Assembly (NCBI GenBank): GCA_963775125.1
Contig: CAVZHQ010000006.1
Location: forward strand, 65,663-129,662
Length of the DNA stretch: 64,000 nucleotides
Source: an uncultured Acidimicrobiales bacterium
GTDB taxonomy: Bacteria > Actinomycetota > Acidimicrobiia > Acidimicrobiales > SZUA-35
Direction of reading: 5' to 3'
The translations under genes and the position numbers were made by a program. The notes under the pieces are model-generated. The model did not search any database, was not told the origin of the DNA, and saw only the letters and a program-made list of their open reading frames with translations. Of this stretch, positions 53,382 through 62,900 are shown in pieces (position 1 is the stretch's first letter; the number at the start of each line of letters is the position of its first letter).

Positions 53382-53436
53382 CGTGCTCCCTTTCTCGGTG
53401 AACGCTGAGTATCGAGTGTCCCACACCATCTCGGCA

Positions 53437-53450
53437 GGGCCCAAAGTCCT
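53437..53450. promoter_or_regulatory. Candidate DosR-box-like element upstream of the USP operon
   Basis: GGGCCCAAAGTCCT matches 11 of 14 positions of the GGGACTWWAGTCCC core of the mycobacterial DosR box as I recall it. It lies 56-69 nt upstream of the USP ATG, and a GTCCC half-site lies at about 53418. Confidence 0.25.
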
Positions 53451-53543
53451 CTCTGTGCGCGGTTGCGGTGGCGCGGTGGGCGACCTTGGGCTAGTACTGT
53501 CTCGCCGTCAATGGTTTCATTTGAGTGACTGAACGAGGACCCC

Positions 53544-53963
53544 GTGAGCAATGATCGCAAAGCGACCCGAATCCAAGCCATCAGCTTCTTTCGCGATGCC
53601 GACAAGAAGGCGTTGGAGCATCTCGAGTCAGCGGCCGATGAAGTCAACGTCCCAGCCGGCCACACGCTGATCGCGCAGGGCCACATGCACAACGAGGGAA
53701 TGATCGTCGAGCAGGGAACGGCCGAGGTGGTCATCGACGGCAAGGTCGTCGCCGAGATCGGCGAAGGTCAGATCATCGGTGAACTCGCCCTGCTGGCGCC
53801 GGGCCCGGCAACGGCCACGGTGCGGGCCAAGTCCGACATGACGCTCCTGGTCATCCCGTTCAACCGCTTCGACCAGATCATGGTCGACAACCCGGCCATG
53901 GTGAAGGGCATCGCCCATGACCTCGCCGCTCGTCTGCGGGCCATGGACGCTCGCCTCAGCTGA
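53544..53963 (+). CDS. Stand-alone cyclic-nucleotide-binding domain protein (no DNA-binding domain)
   Basis: ORF 53544..53963. Contains FFRDADKKALEHL.., GEGQIIGELALL and ATATVRA, which is the cNMP-binding beta-barrel pattern. Confidence 0.8.
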   Translation: MSNDRKATRIQAISFFRDADKKALEHLESAADEVNVPAGHTLIAQGHMHNEGMIVEQGTAEVVIDGKVVAEIGEGQIIGELALLAPGPATATVRAKSDMTLLVIPFNRFDQIMVDNPAMVKGIAHDLAARLRAMDARLS

Positions 53964-54002
53964 ACGGGACTGTCTGAACGGGACTGTCTGAACGGGACTA
54001 TG
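53961..54002. repeat. 14-bp tandem repeat x3 that exactly fills the gap between two convergent genes and contains both stop codons
   Basis: Units are tgaacgggactgtc / tgaacgggactgtc / tgaacgggactatg. Confidence 0.95.
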
Positions 54003-54801
54003 TGGCGGTGCGGCCGAAGTCGGGACGGCGTTTCTCCAGAAACGCCGTCGCCGCCTCGACGTGGTCAGCGGTCGCCATCGTGCGGATGAGGCGATCGGAT
54101 TCGGCATCGAGGTACGGCGCGAGTTCGAGCCGTTGTGCGTCTCGAAGGTTTTCCTTCACCCGGGCCAGAGCGACCGGGGCCTTGTCCACCAGGAGCGCGG
54201 CGCGCCGGTACACGTAGGCGAGCAGATCGTCGGGCGGTACGACGTCGTGCACCAGCCCGATGCGCATCGCCTCGGACGCGTCGAACACCTCGGAGAAGTA
54301 GAGCAGTTCGCTTGCCTTGGCCGGGCCCACCACCCGGGACAGGAAGTAGGAGATGCCGAAGTCACCCGAGAGCCCGACGTTCACGAACGCGGTGGTGAAT
54401 CGAGCGTCCGACGACGCGTATCGGAGGTCGCACGCGGTTGCCCACGACAGGCCACCTCCGGCGACGGCCCCGTTGATGGCGGCGATGGTGATCTTCGGCA
54501 TTTCGTGGAGGAGCTGTGAGGTGTAGGTGAGCGCCCGCAGCTGACGCACCGACTGGGCCAACGGCGGAGCCTCGCCGCCACCAGTGGCGGCACCCATGGT
54601 GGAGATGTCGCCCCCGGCGCAGAACGCCCGACCGGCACCGGTGAGCACGACGACCCGGACGGAGTCGTCGGCGGCGAGGCGTTCGAGGTGGCCGAGCGCG
54701 CACTCGAACAACTCGGTGTTCTGGGCGTTGAGGCGGTCTGGCCGATTCAGGGTCAGGGTCGCGACGCCGTCCGACGTGGTGAGCAGTACGGGTGAGGACA
54801 C
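53998..54801 (-). CDS. Enoyl-CoA hydratase/isomerase (crotonase) family protein
   Basis: Within ORF 53998..54852, with GTG at 54801 just after the upstream stop. Contains VATLTLNRPDRLNA, LTGAGRAFCAGGD and GGGLSWATACDLRY. Confidence 0.85.
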   Translation of the reverse strand: MSSPVLLTTSDGVATLTLNRPDRLNAQNTELFECALGHLERLAADDSVRVVVLTGAGRAFCAGGDISTMGAATGGGEAPPLAQSVRQLRALTYTSQLLHEMPKITIAAINGAVAGGGLSWATACDLRYASSDARFTTAFVNVGLSGDFGISYFLSRVVGPAKASELLYFSEVFDASEAMRIGLVHDVVPPDDLLAYVYRRAALLVDKAPVALARVKENLRDAQRLELAPYLDAESDRLIRTMATADHVEAATAFLEKRRPDFGRTAT

Positions 54802-54805
54802 GGGC

Positions 54806-55993
54806 TCAGGCCGCGGGGTAGAGATCGTGCAGGCCGTACAGTTCGATGACATTGCCGCCGACGATCTTGGCCACGTTCTCCGCCGAGAGATCCTTGGTCT
54901 GTTCGGCCAACATGCCCTGGCTGTAGGGCCAGGTGGAGTCGCTGTGGGGGAAGTCGTTGGCCCAGAGCAGCCGGTCGGGGGACAGGATGCCGGCCTCGGC
55001 CATCCGGAACGCGGACCAATCGTCCTGGAAGGTCACGTAGATGTGATCGTCGAAGTACTCGCTCGGGCGGCGCTCGAGGGTGGGGGAGGTGAGCCAGTTG
55101 CGATGCCGGTTGTAGGCGTGGTCCATCCGGTAGGAGTAGTGGGGCACCCACCCGGCATCGGCCTCGACGCACACGATGTCGAGGTTCGGATGGCGATCGA
55201 AGACACCGCCGAAGACGAACGTGCCGATGAGGTCCTGGTTGCCTCGGATGATCGACATGAACGAGTTGAGCTTCGGACCGCGGGGACGGTAGGCCTTGCC
55301 GGTGAGGATGTGGAACGACAAGACGAGGCCGAGATCGATGGCGGCTTCGAAGAACTCGCCCCAGATGGGGTCGTCGTAGTCGCCGTTGCTTCCGGAGTTC
55401 GCGGACTCGTCGACGGTTCCCGGAGTGCCGGGAAGCATGACGCCCCGGAGGCCTGCGGCCTTGATGGCCTCGAGGTCGGTGATGCCTTCGGCGACGCTGC
55501 GAAGGGCGGTCTGACCACAGCCATAGAGCCGGTCGGGTGCCACTGCGCAGTAGCCGGCAATCCAGCGGTTGTAGGCGTCGAACATGGCCTTCTTCAGGTC
55601 GACGTCGGGGTGATTGCAGAGCAGCATGCCGACCGAGGGATAGAGCACCTCGCCATCGACGCCGTCCTTCTGTTGGGCCGCAATCCGAGCCTCGGGATCC
55701 CAGCCTGCCCGGTGGAGTCCCTCGAACAGCACCCCTTTCATCGTCAGTTCCTCAGATGGTTTGCCTGCGGCTGAGTGCAAGGAAAGGCGGACGCCTTGGG
55801 CCATGCCGGGGATGTGGAAGGTGGCGCCGTCGGGGAGATCGTTGGTGAGGAATGGCGCCCGGTCCCGGAAGGCGGGGTCGATGTTGTCGGTGTAGGTCCA
55901 CCCGGGTTCGGTGATGTGGGAGTCGGCCGAGATGATGGGTGTACGCACGATGCGTGGGGCGTCTTCGATTCGGTGGTCAGTGGCCAGAGCCAT
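54806..55993 (-). CDS. Amidohydrolase-2 (ACMSD-like metal-dependent hydrolase/decarboxylase) family protein
   Basis: ORF 54806..55993. Contains IISADSHITEP, DGVDGEVLYPS, SFHILTG, CVEADAGW and WANDFPHSDSTWP. Confidence 0.85.
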   Translation of the reverse strand: MALATDHRIEDAPRIVRTPIISADSHITEPGWTYTDNIDPAFRDRAPFLTNDLPDGATFHIPGMAQGVRLSLHSAAGKPSEELTMKGVLFEGLHRAGWDPEARIAAQQKDGVDGEVLYPSVGMLLCNHPDVDLKKAMFDAYNRWIAGYCAVAPDRLYGCGQTALRSVAEGITDLEAIKAAGLRGVMLPGTPGTVDESANSGSNGDYDDPIWGEFFEAAIDLGLVLSFHILTGKAYRPRGPKLNSFMSIIRGNQDLIGTFVFGGVFDRHPNLDIVCVEADAGWVPHYSYRMDHAYNRHRNWLTSPTLERRPSEYFDDHIYVTFQDDWSAFRMAEAGILSPDRLLWANDFPHSDSTWPYSQGMLAEQTKDLSAENVAKIVGGNVIELYGLHDLYPAA

Positions 55994-56112
55994 GGCACTC
56001 CCTTTCAGAGGTTCGTTCTGGTCTCAGTCCAGTACGCCACCGTCCAAAACGCCAACTGGGCAATTCCGACCACTTCCTCAGAGCCCCCGATGAACCGACC
56101 GATAGAACCTTC

Positions 56113-56818
56113 ATGGACCTCGAGGATCGATCACGTCGTGTGCTGCGTTCTCGCTCAGCTGCCCAGTCGGCGCGGGAGCAGCGCGGTGCGACGCTGGTCG
56201 GCTACACGCTCGTGCTGACGGTGATGGTCGTTGCCGGGTTGAGCTCGTTGAAGATGCTCGAGGAGGACTCGGAGCAGTTCCTGGTCGACTCGGGATCGTC
56301 GATCGGCGAGCCGCCGGCGAGCAGGAACGAAGCCGTGAACGCCGACCTCGCGGCGCCGAGCGGCTGGGTCCGGGTCGAGCCCGGGCAAGGCGGCGTGGTC
56401 GACACGTCGCCACTCTTCACCAGCGTGACCGTGGGAACCCACGTCGTCGGTCTGTGCCTCGGCCTCGTATCGGACGAACTGACGCAGGTCGAGTGCAACG
56501 CGGCAACGGTGCAGGTGATCACCGCCGCCCGCCTTCCGGCGGGAGCGATCGAGCTGCGGTTGGCCGACGGTCGGTGTCTCGGTATCTCGTCCTCGACATC
56601 GCCCGGTACCGAGGTGGTGCCGGTGACCTGTGGGTCGAACAACGCGTCGTGGGGATTCAACGGATCCAATCCCTACGTGTTCCAACACACGGCGGCCACC
56701 ACCGACCGCGAGGTTCCGATCTGTCTGGACGTCGAGGACCACGACGATCACCCCCGGGAAGCCAATGGTGATCGAAGCGTGCGGCAACCACGCCAGCCAA
56801 CAGTTCGGGGTCGCATGA
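56113..56818 (+). pseudogene. Flp/TadE-like hydrophobic leader fused to a ricin-type beta-trefoil-like domain; frameshift in C5G3 at 56751-56758 as assembled
   Basis: ATG at 56113 (ORF 55939 frame). QRGATLVGYTLVLTVMVVAGL resembles a Flp/pseudopilin leader. Three CL..-type repeats follow (LCLGL..VEC, RCLGISS..VTCGS..SWGF, ICLDVEDHDDHP). The last one continues in ORF 56630..56818 (GKPMVIEACGNHASQQFGVA) and stops at TGA 56816-56818, overlapping the next ATG. Confidence 0.5.
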
Positions 56819-57423
56819 TGCGATCGGAGCGAGGGGCGTCGATCGTCGAGGCCGCGTTGCTGGCGCCGGTCTTCCTGACCGTGCTCCTGGCGATCTTCGA
56901 GTTCGGTCTCCTGCTCCGTAACGATCTTGCGCTCGGCAACGCGACGGTGGCCGGCGCCCGGGCAGGTTCGGTGGCCGCCGATTCGGCCGACGCCGACTAT
57001 CTCGTGCTTCGGGCCATCGAACACGGCATCGACGCGTGGGGAGTCGAAGACCTCGACTTCGTCGTGGTCTTCCGGGCGTCGGGGCCGTCGGCGACCGTGC
57101 CCGCCGCGTGTCTCGTCGGCCCGGTCGAGGACGTCTGCAATTATTACCGGCCGGTCGACTTCGCGTTGCCGTACAAGCAGGCAAACGGGAGTCTGACGGC
57201 GTTCTGGCGGTGCGGGGTCGTCGCCGTCGATACGTTCTGGTGCCCCGGAGACCGACCCGCCTCGTTGACGTGGGACGAGCCGGTGGCGAGCGGCTTCAAC
57301 GACGGTCCGGCGTATCTCGGGGTGTACATCCAGGGCGAGCATCAGTTCGCAAGCGGCCTGTTCGGCTCGTCGCTCACCATCGACGAGACCCGCATTCTCA
57401 CGTTGGAGCCGAGACGGCGATGA
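56815..57423 (+). CDS. TadE-like pseudopilin/pilus assembly protein
   Basis: ATG at 56815 (ATGA coupling). ERGASIVEAALLAPVFLTVLLAIFEFG is the TadE N-terminal motif. Confidence 0.8.
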   Translation: MMRSERGASIVEAALLAPVFLTVLLAIFEFGLLLRNDLALGNATVAGARAGSVAADSADADYLVLRAIEHGIDAWGVEDLDFVVVFRASGPSATVPAACLVGPVEDVCNYYRPVDFALPYKQANGSLTAFWRCGVVAVDTFWCPGDRPASLTWDEPVASGFNDGPAYLGVYIQGEHQFASGLFGSSLTIDETRILTLEPRRR

Positions 57424-57977
57424 GTACTCGGGGGGCGCGTCAACGCGGCAGCATCTCGGTCGAGCTGGCACTGGTCATCGTTCCGTTGGTCATCCTCATG
57501 TTGGGCATGGTCGAGATTGCCGCTGCGTGGAAGGCCAACTCTCAGGTCTCGACCGCAAGCCGACAAGGGGCACGCATCGCTTCCCACCTCGGCGTCGATG
57601 TCGAAGCCGACCGGGCGGCGTTGCGAGCCGTCATCGCCGGGGTCGGCGGCGACGTCTCACGGATCGAGTACGTGCTGATCTACGACGCAGAAGTACGGCC
57701 TGACCTCGGGACTTCGTGCGTCACCGTGGCCAACACACGTTGCAACCAGTACACCGCCGCCGAGTTGGCTCAGATCGACCTCGACTCGATGTGGGGCTGC
57801 CAGGCCGGTGCCCACGACGACAACTGGTGCCCCGACGAGCGCGATGACTCGGCGTCCAGCCCGGGGATGATCGGTGTCGCCATCGGCTATCGGCACGAGG
57901 CGGTCAGCACCTTCTTCGGAACCGATGAGATGATCCTTCACGAACGGACGATCATGAGAGTGGAACCTGGCGTATGA
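57420..57977 (+). CDS. TadE-like pseudopilin/pilus assembly protein
   Basis: ATG at 57420 (ATGA coupling). Contains QRGSISVELALVIVPLVILMLGMVEI. Confidence 0.8.
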   Translation: MSTRGARQRGSISVELALVIVPLVILMLGMVEIAAAWKANSQVSTASRQGARIASHLGVDVEADRAALRAVIAGVGGDVSRIEYVLIYDAEVRPDLGTSCVTVANTRCNQYTAAELAQIDLDSMWGCQAGAHDDNWCPDERDDSASSPGMIGVAIGYRHEAVSTFFGTDEMILHERTIMRVEPGV

Positions 57978-59698
57978 GTCGCGAACGGCGCCCGGCGCGC
58001 AACGACGAGCGCGGTTTCGTGATGGCGACGACCGCGATCCTGCTCATTCCCCTCATGGTGTTCGCGGCCTTCGCCGTCGATGTCGGGAGTTGGTACTACC
58101 AGGCGAACCGACAACAGCAGGCGGCCGATGCTGCGGCCTTGGCCGCGGTCGTGTGGATGCCTGACATCGCTCGTGCCACCGCCGCAGCCGAAGAGGTTGC
58201 CGAGGCCAACGGATTTCCACCCTTCGAACAGCAGGTGGACGCAGGCGGTTCCCTTGTCTTCGACGGAGCCGGAGACCCGGTCTACGACCTGACCAAGCCC
58301 TACGCCACCGTCACGGTCGAATCGGTGAGTACGCAGTCGGTGCGGGTTCGGATCGATGCCGAGGGCGATGTCTACTTCGGCTCGGTCATCCTCGAAGATT
58401 CCATCGACATCGAGCGCCGAGCGACCGCTGAGTACGTGCTGCCCGTCCCGATGGGCAACCCGTCATCAGCAATCGGTACCGGCAACCTCGCCAACCCGGC
58501 GGGTGTGCAGAACATGTGGTTGGCCGTGAACTCCTACTGCACCGGTCGAACACAGGGAGATCAGTTCAGCGCCTTCCACCTGACCTCCGCCTATATCTGT
58601 CCCGGCACCTGGACCCGTCGCGTGAACGGTTTCGTAGGAGGCGCGTTCACCCAAGCCGGCCGCGCCAACAACCCGCAGTACGACCCGGAGGGCTACTACC
58701 TCGTCGCCGACATGCCGCCCGGTTCCGAGGCCTACAACTGGCGGGTCGAGTTCTATCAGCCCGGCATCTGTGACTATCGGAACGAAGCCAACACGAACCA
58801 GTGGTTGGCCGGCGATCCGGCGACCCGCCTGCGCGGCCCGGCGATCGACGCCACGTTGTACGCAGCCGACGCAACGCCGCTGTCCGATGCGGACAACATC
58901 GTTCCGGCGAACGTCGTGGTCAACCGCACCTTCCCGCTGACCGACTGCGGGTGGAGCACCCTGGGGACGATCCCGAGCACCGGTTTACGCGGGCGTTGGC
59001 TGATCAACTTCCGCTCGCTCGCGATGACGAACGAGACCGGCATCAACTACTTCGCGGTGCGGGTGGTGCCGGCAGCAGGTCCTACGTCTGGGCAGGCTTG
59101 TGGTTCAGCTGCGAACAACTGGTGCCCCCAGCTGTCGGCCAAGGACTATCTGCCCGTTTACGCGCCGAGTGTCATCCAGAACCTCGCCGGTCAGAACACG
59201 ACGGTCTTGCCCAACAACGCCGTCGTCAACTTCTACCTGTCGGAGATCGAAGCGGCCCATGCGGGAAAGACGCTCGTCCTGGAACTCTTCGATCCCGGCG
59301 AGGGCATGAACAACCTGCAGATCGTCGGCCCTCCGCCCACGTATACCCGCTACCCGTTCACGTTCGCCACGACCGACTGCTCAGCCGGGTTGATGTGCAA
59401 CGACGGCGGACCGATCGCCGACTTCACCGGTGATTCCAACCCGCAGTGCGCGACCCCGCAAGAGTTGCCCCCGGTCGGTGTGACCCCAGTTGGCGGCACG
59501 TTCCCCTGCCTGACAGTGACGAACACTCGGTTCAACAACCGGACCGTGCGAATCCTGATCGACATCCCGACGACGTACACATGCACGACCGACTGTTGGT
59601 GGCGGCTTCGCTACCAGCCTTCGGCCAACGTGTCGGTCACCGACCGGACGACCTGGTCGGCTTCGATCATCGGGGATCCGGTCCGCCTCGTCGAGTAG
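57974..59698 (+). CDS. TadG-like (Tad_N, Flp pilus-assembly TadE/G-like) large protein
   Basis: ORF 57974..59698, with its ATG overlapping the upstream stop. Contains ERGFVMATTAILLIPLMVFAAFAVDVGSWYYQANRQQQAADAAALAA. Confidence 0.75.
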   Translation: MSRERRPARNDERGFVMATTAILLIPLMVFAAFAVDVGSWYYQANRQQQAADAAALAAVVWMPDIARATAAAEEVAEANGFPPFEQQVDAGGSLVFDGAGDPVYDLTKPYATVTVESVSTQSVRVRIDAEGDVYFGSVILEDSIDIERRATAEYVLPVPMGNPSSAIGTGNLANPAGVQNMWLAVNSYCTGRTQGDQFSAFHLTSAYICPGTWTRRVNGFVGGAFTQAGRANNPQYDPEGYYLVADMPPGSEAYNWRVEFYQPGICDYRNEANTNQWLAGDPATRLRGPAIDATLYAADATPLSDADNIVPANVVVNRTFPLTDCGWSTLGTIPSTGLRGRWLINFRSLAMTNETGINYFAVRVVPAAGPTSGQACGSAANNWCPQLSAKDYLPVYAPSVIQNLAGQNTTVLPNNAVVNFYLSEIEAAHAGKTLVLELFDPGEGMNNLQIVGPPPTYTRYPFTFATTDCSAGLMCNDGGPIADFTGDSNPQCATPQELPPVGVTPVGGTFPCLTVTNTRFNNRTVRILIDIPTTYTCTTDCWWRLRYQPSANVSVTDRTTWSASIIGDPVRLVE

Positions 59699-60899
59699 CG
59701 GCGCCCACGGGGAGCAGGATGGCGAAGGCACACACGCCCAGCACCATCGCGAGGGCGAGCGCAGGACGGTAGCCCAGGGAATCGATGGCCTTGCCCATCA
59801 CGGGCGGGCCGATGAGACCGCCGAGGCCGGCGCCCGTGTAGAGCAGTCCGAGCAGTCCGCCGAGGCCCGCCGGGCCCCAGATGTCGGCCGCCACCGCGGG
59901 AGCGAGCGCAATGAAGCCCCCGTAGGAGACGCCCATCACCACCGCGAACGCCAGCAAGAGGCCGTAGCTGCCCCCGGCGGCGAACCAGATGGCGAAGCTC
60001 AGGCCCAGCACCAGGATCGAGGCTTGGTACAACGTCAGGGGTTTGGTGCGAGCCGCCAGCCGGCCGAGACCAAGGCGTCCGACGATGGACGCCAAGCCGA
60101 TGAGACCGAGCAGAACACCGGCCGAGCGGTCAGAGCCCTGCTCCTCCATGTAGTCGGCGATGAACACGAACGGCAGGAAGAGCGGGAACGCCATCACGAA
60201 CATCGACGCGTACATCAACCAGAACGGTCGTGACGTCTTGATCGTCTCGACGAGCGAGGTGGCGACGCCTGCGACCCCGGCTGCAGGCGGACGTTTGGCC
60301 CCGATCGCGGCGATGGACATGAGGATGCCGGCGCCAACCGCCAGGATGACGTAGGTCTGGCGCCAGCCGTAACGATCGATCAGCCATTCGGCCAACGGCG
60401 CGTTGATGAGGGTGCCGAACCCGATCCCGGCGACGGCCAGCCCGATCGCGGTCGTGCGCTTCTCGGCGAACCAGCCACCGACACATGCCACCATCGGCAC
60501 GTAGCCGCACGCCACGCCGATACCGACACCGAGGCTGTAGGTGAGGTACCCGACGTACAGGTTGTCGACTCGCGAGGTGGCCAGCAGGCCGAGGACCATG
60601 GACACGGCGCCGAAGATGAGCACGGGCCGCGGCCCGATGCGGTCGGCAACTTTGCCGCTGATGACGCCGAGCAAGAAGTAGAGGAAGGTCGTGAGGGCGA
60701 AGAAGAAGGCGGTGCGGCCCCGGCCGATTCCGAACTCCTTGACCATCGAAGTGAAGAACCCGCTGAAGCTGTAGGCAACGCCGAACACGGTGTACATCGA
60801 CACAAAAGCGGCACCGACGACCCGCCAGCCTTCGGGGCCATCGACGAGCGGTTGGTCAGTGGTTCCGTCAGTTACCGGAATGGTCGAAAGGCGTCGCAC
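59667..60899 (-). CDS. MFS transporter (OFA/monocarboxylate-like)
   Basis: ORF 59667..60899, with about 12 TM helices. The start is uncertain because it overlaps the upstream gene by 28 nt. Confidence 0.8.
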   Translation of the reverse strand: MRRLSTIPVTDGTTDQPLVDGPEGWRVVGAAFVSMYTVFGVAYSFSGFFTSMVKEFGIGRGRTAFFFALTTFLYFLLGVISGKVADRIGPRPVLIFGAVSMVLGLLATSRVDNLYVGYLTYSLGVGIGVACGYVPMVACVGGWFAEKRTTAIGLAVAGIGFGTLINAPLAEWLIDRYGWRQTYVILAVGAGILMSIAAIGAKRPPAAGVAGVATSLVETIKTSRPFWLMYASMFVMAFPLFLPFVFIADYMEEQGSDRSAGVLLGLIGLASIVGRLGLGRLAARTKPLTLYQASILVLGLSFAIWFAAGGSYGLLLAFAVVMGVSYGGFIALAPAVAADIWGPAGLGGLLGLLYTGAGLGGLIGPPVMGKAIDSLGYRPALALAMVLGVCAFAILLPVGAATRRGGPDPR

Positions 60900-62014
60900 A
60901 CCTCACCTACGAACGTCTCGGGAACCTCGAAGGCGGCGAAATGTCCGCCCTTGTCGTACTCGGCCCAGTGGCGAATGTCGGTGAAGCTCGACTCGACCCA
61001 TTTGCGTACGGGCGGGACGATCTCCTTGGGGAAGACGGCGAACCCGGAGGGGATGGAGACCGTGTGCCGGGTGCCCCGGCCGAAGCTCTCCCAGTAGATG
61101 CGGGCCGACGAAGCTCCCGCGGCGTTGACCCAGTAGAACATGACGTTGTCGAGCAGCTCGTCCCGGGTGAGCACGTTCTCGGGGTGGCCGTCGCAGTCGG
61201 TCCACGCCCAGAACTTCTCGAGGATCCACCCAGCCTGGCCGGCGGGGGAGTCGACCAGGCCGTAGCCGATGGTCTGCGGCCGTGTCGCCTGTTGCTTGGA
61301 GTAGCCCGAGTCCCAGTCGCGGTAGTACGCGGCGCCATCGAGGGCTCGTTGCTCCTCGGGTGTCGGCTCGCCGTCGATCTTGGGGCGAGCGCCCATCGCG
61401 AGGGTGACGTGAATGGCTGCACAATGCTCGGGGTCGGTGGCACCGATGGCGGTGGTGACCGCCGATCCCCAATCGCCGCCCTGGGCGACGTAGCGGTCGT
61501 ACCCGAGGCGTGCCATCAGCTCGGCGAAGGTGACAGCGATCTTGTCGACGCCCCAGCCGGGCACGGTGGGCTTGCCCGAGAATCCGAAGCCCGGCAGCGA
61601 AGGAGCAACGACGTGGAAGGCGTCGGCGGCGTTGCCACCGAACGCGGTGGGGTCGACGAGCGGTTCGATGACCTTGTGGAACTCGACGATGGATCCGGGC
61701 CAACCGTGGGTGATGAGGAGCGGAATGGCGTCGGGATGGGGGGAGCGTTGATGGACGAAGTGCACGTCGAGACCATCGATCTCGGTGGTGAACTGGTCGA
61801 ACCGGTTCAGTGCGGCCTCGCGGGATCGCCAGTCGTAGTCGGTCGCCCAGTACTCGCAGACCTCCTTGAGGTAGGCGAGGGGTATGCCCTGACTCCAGTC
61901 GTCGACGACCTCCTCGTCGGCCCAGCGTGTGTTGTTCAGGCGCTGGCGAAGATCCTCGAGAACGGCGTCGGGGACGGCGATGGTGAACGGCGTGACTTCG
62001 GTCGATCCTTGCAT
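60872..62014 (-). CDS. Epoxide hydrolase (N-terminal EHN domain plus alpha/beta hydrolase)
   Basis: ORF 60872..62014. Contains PFTIAVPDAVLEDLRQRL, LLITHGWPGS and GGDWGS. Confidence 0.9.
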   Translation of the reverse strand: MQGSTEVTPFTIAVPDAVLEDLRQRLNNTRWADEEVVDDWSQGIPLAYLKEVCEYWATDYDWRSREAALNRFDQFTTEIDGLDVHFVHQRSPHPDAIPLLITHGWPGSIVEFHKVIEPLVDPTAFGGNAADAFHVVAPSLPGFGFSGKPTVPGWGVDKIAVTFAELMARLGYDRYVAQGGDWGSAVTTAIGATDPEHCAAIHVTLAMGARPKIDGEPTPEEQRALDGAAYYRDWDSGYSKQQATRPQTIGYGLVDSPAGQAGWILEKFWAWTDCDGHPENVLTRDELLDNVMFYWVNAAGASSARIYWESFGRGTRHTVSIPSGFAVFPKEIVPPVRKWVESSFTDIRHWAEYDKGGHFAAFEVPETFVGEVCDAFRPFR

Positions 62015-62071
62015 GGTCGGACACTAGCGCCGGCTCGGCGCGCGACTGGAACCTCGACTACAACGGGTGCA

Positions 62072-62860
62072 ATGACCGAACCCGCCGCCTTCCCACTTCC
62101 CAACGTCAGCTTCGACCTCGGAGGCCAGGTCGCCCTCGTCACCGGCACCACGTCCGGCCTGGGTCGGCGCTTTGCCCTCGTGCTCGCAGCCTCGGGGGCT
62201 CGGGTCGTCGTGACCGGTCGTCGCCAGGAGCGCCTCGACGCGCTGGCGGTGGAGATCGAAGCGTCCGGAGGCGTTGCCGTGCCCGTGGCCGTCGACGTCA
62301 CCGATCCGGACTCGTTGGTCGCTGCAGTCGATGCCGCGGAAGCGGCGTTCGACGCGCCGGTGCAGATTCTGGTCAACAACGCCGGCATCCCCGATGCGCA
62401 ACGGGCACACCGCATGCCGCTCGACCTCATCGATGCCGTGTTCGACACCAACCTTCGGGGTCCGTACATCTTGTCCTGCGAGGTCGCTCGGCGGCTGATC
62501 GCAGCCGAGCTTCCGGGCCGCATGGTCAACATCTCCTCCATGGGTGCGTTTCAGTATTCCGGTCAAGGGGCCGCGCTGTATTCGATCACCAAGGCCGGCA
62601 TCAACCGCATGACCGAGGCGTTGGCCGTCGAATGGGCTCGCTTCGGCATCAACGTCAACGGGATTGCCCCCGGAGCGTTTGCCTCGGAGATGATGGACGG
62701 GATGCTCGAGCGCATGGGCGACATCACGCGGCACTTCCCCCGCCAGCGGCTCGGTGATCCGGCCCAGCTCGACAGCACGCTGTTGTTCCTGTGTTCGTCG
62801 GCGTCAGAGTTCGTGACCGGAACGGTCGTGAAGGTGGACGACGGCCAGGGATCTCGCTGA
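62072..62860 (+). CDS. Short-chain dehydrogenase/reductase (SDR)
   Basis: ATG at 62072 within ORF 60941..62860. Contains ALVTGTTSGLGRR, NNAG and YSITKAG. Confidence 0.85.
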   Translation: MTEPAAFPLPNVSFDLGGQVALVTGTTSGLGRRFALVLAASGARVVVTGRRQERLDALAVEIEASGGVAVPVAVDVTDPDSLVAAVDAAEAAFDAPVQILVNNAGIPDAQRAHRMPLDLIDAVFDTNLRGPYILSCEVARRLIAAELPGRMVNISSMGAFQYSGQGAALYSITKAGINRMTEALAVEWARFGINVNGIAPGAFASEMMDGMLERMGDITRHFPRQRLGDPAQLDSTLLFLCSSASEFVTGTVVKVDDGQGSR

Positions 62861-62900
62861 TCCCACCGGCCGCAACGGTGGAAGCGTCGGCCAGAATAGG

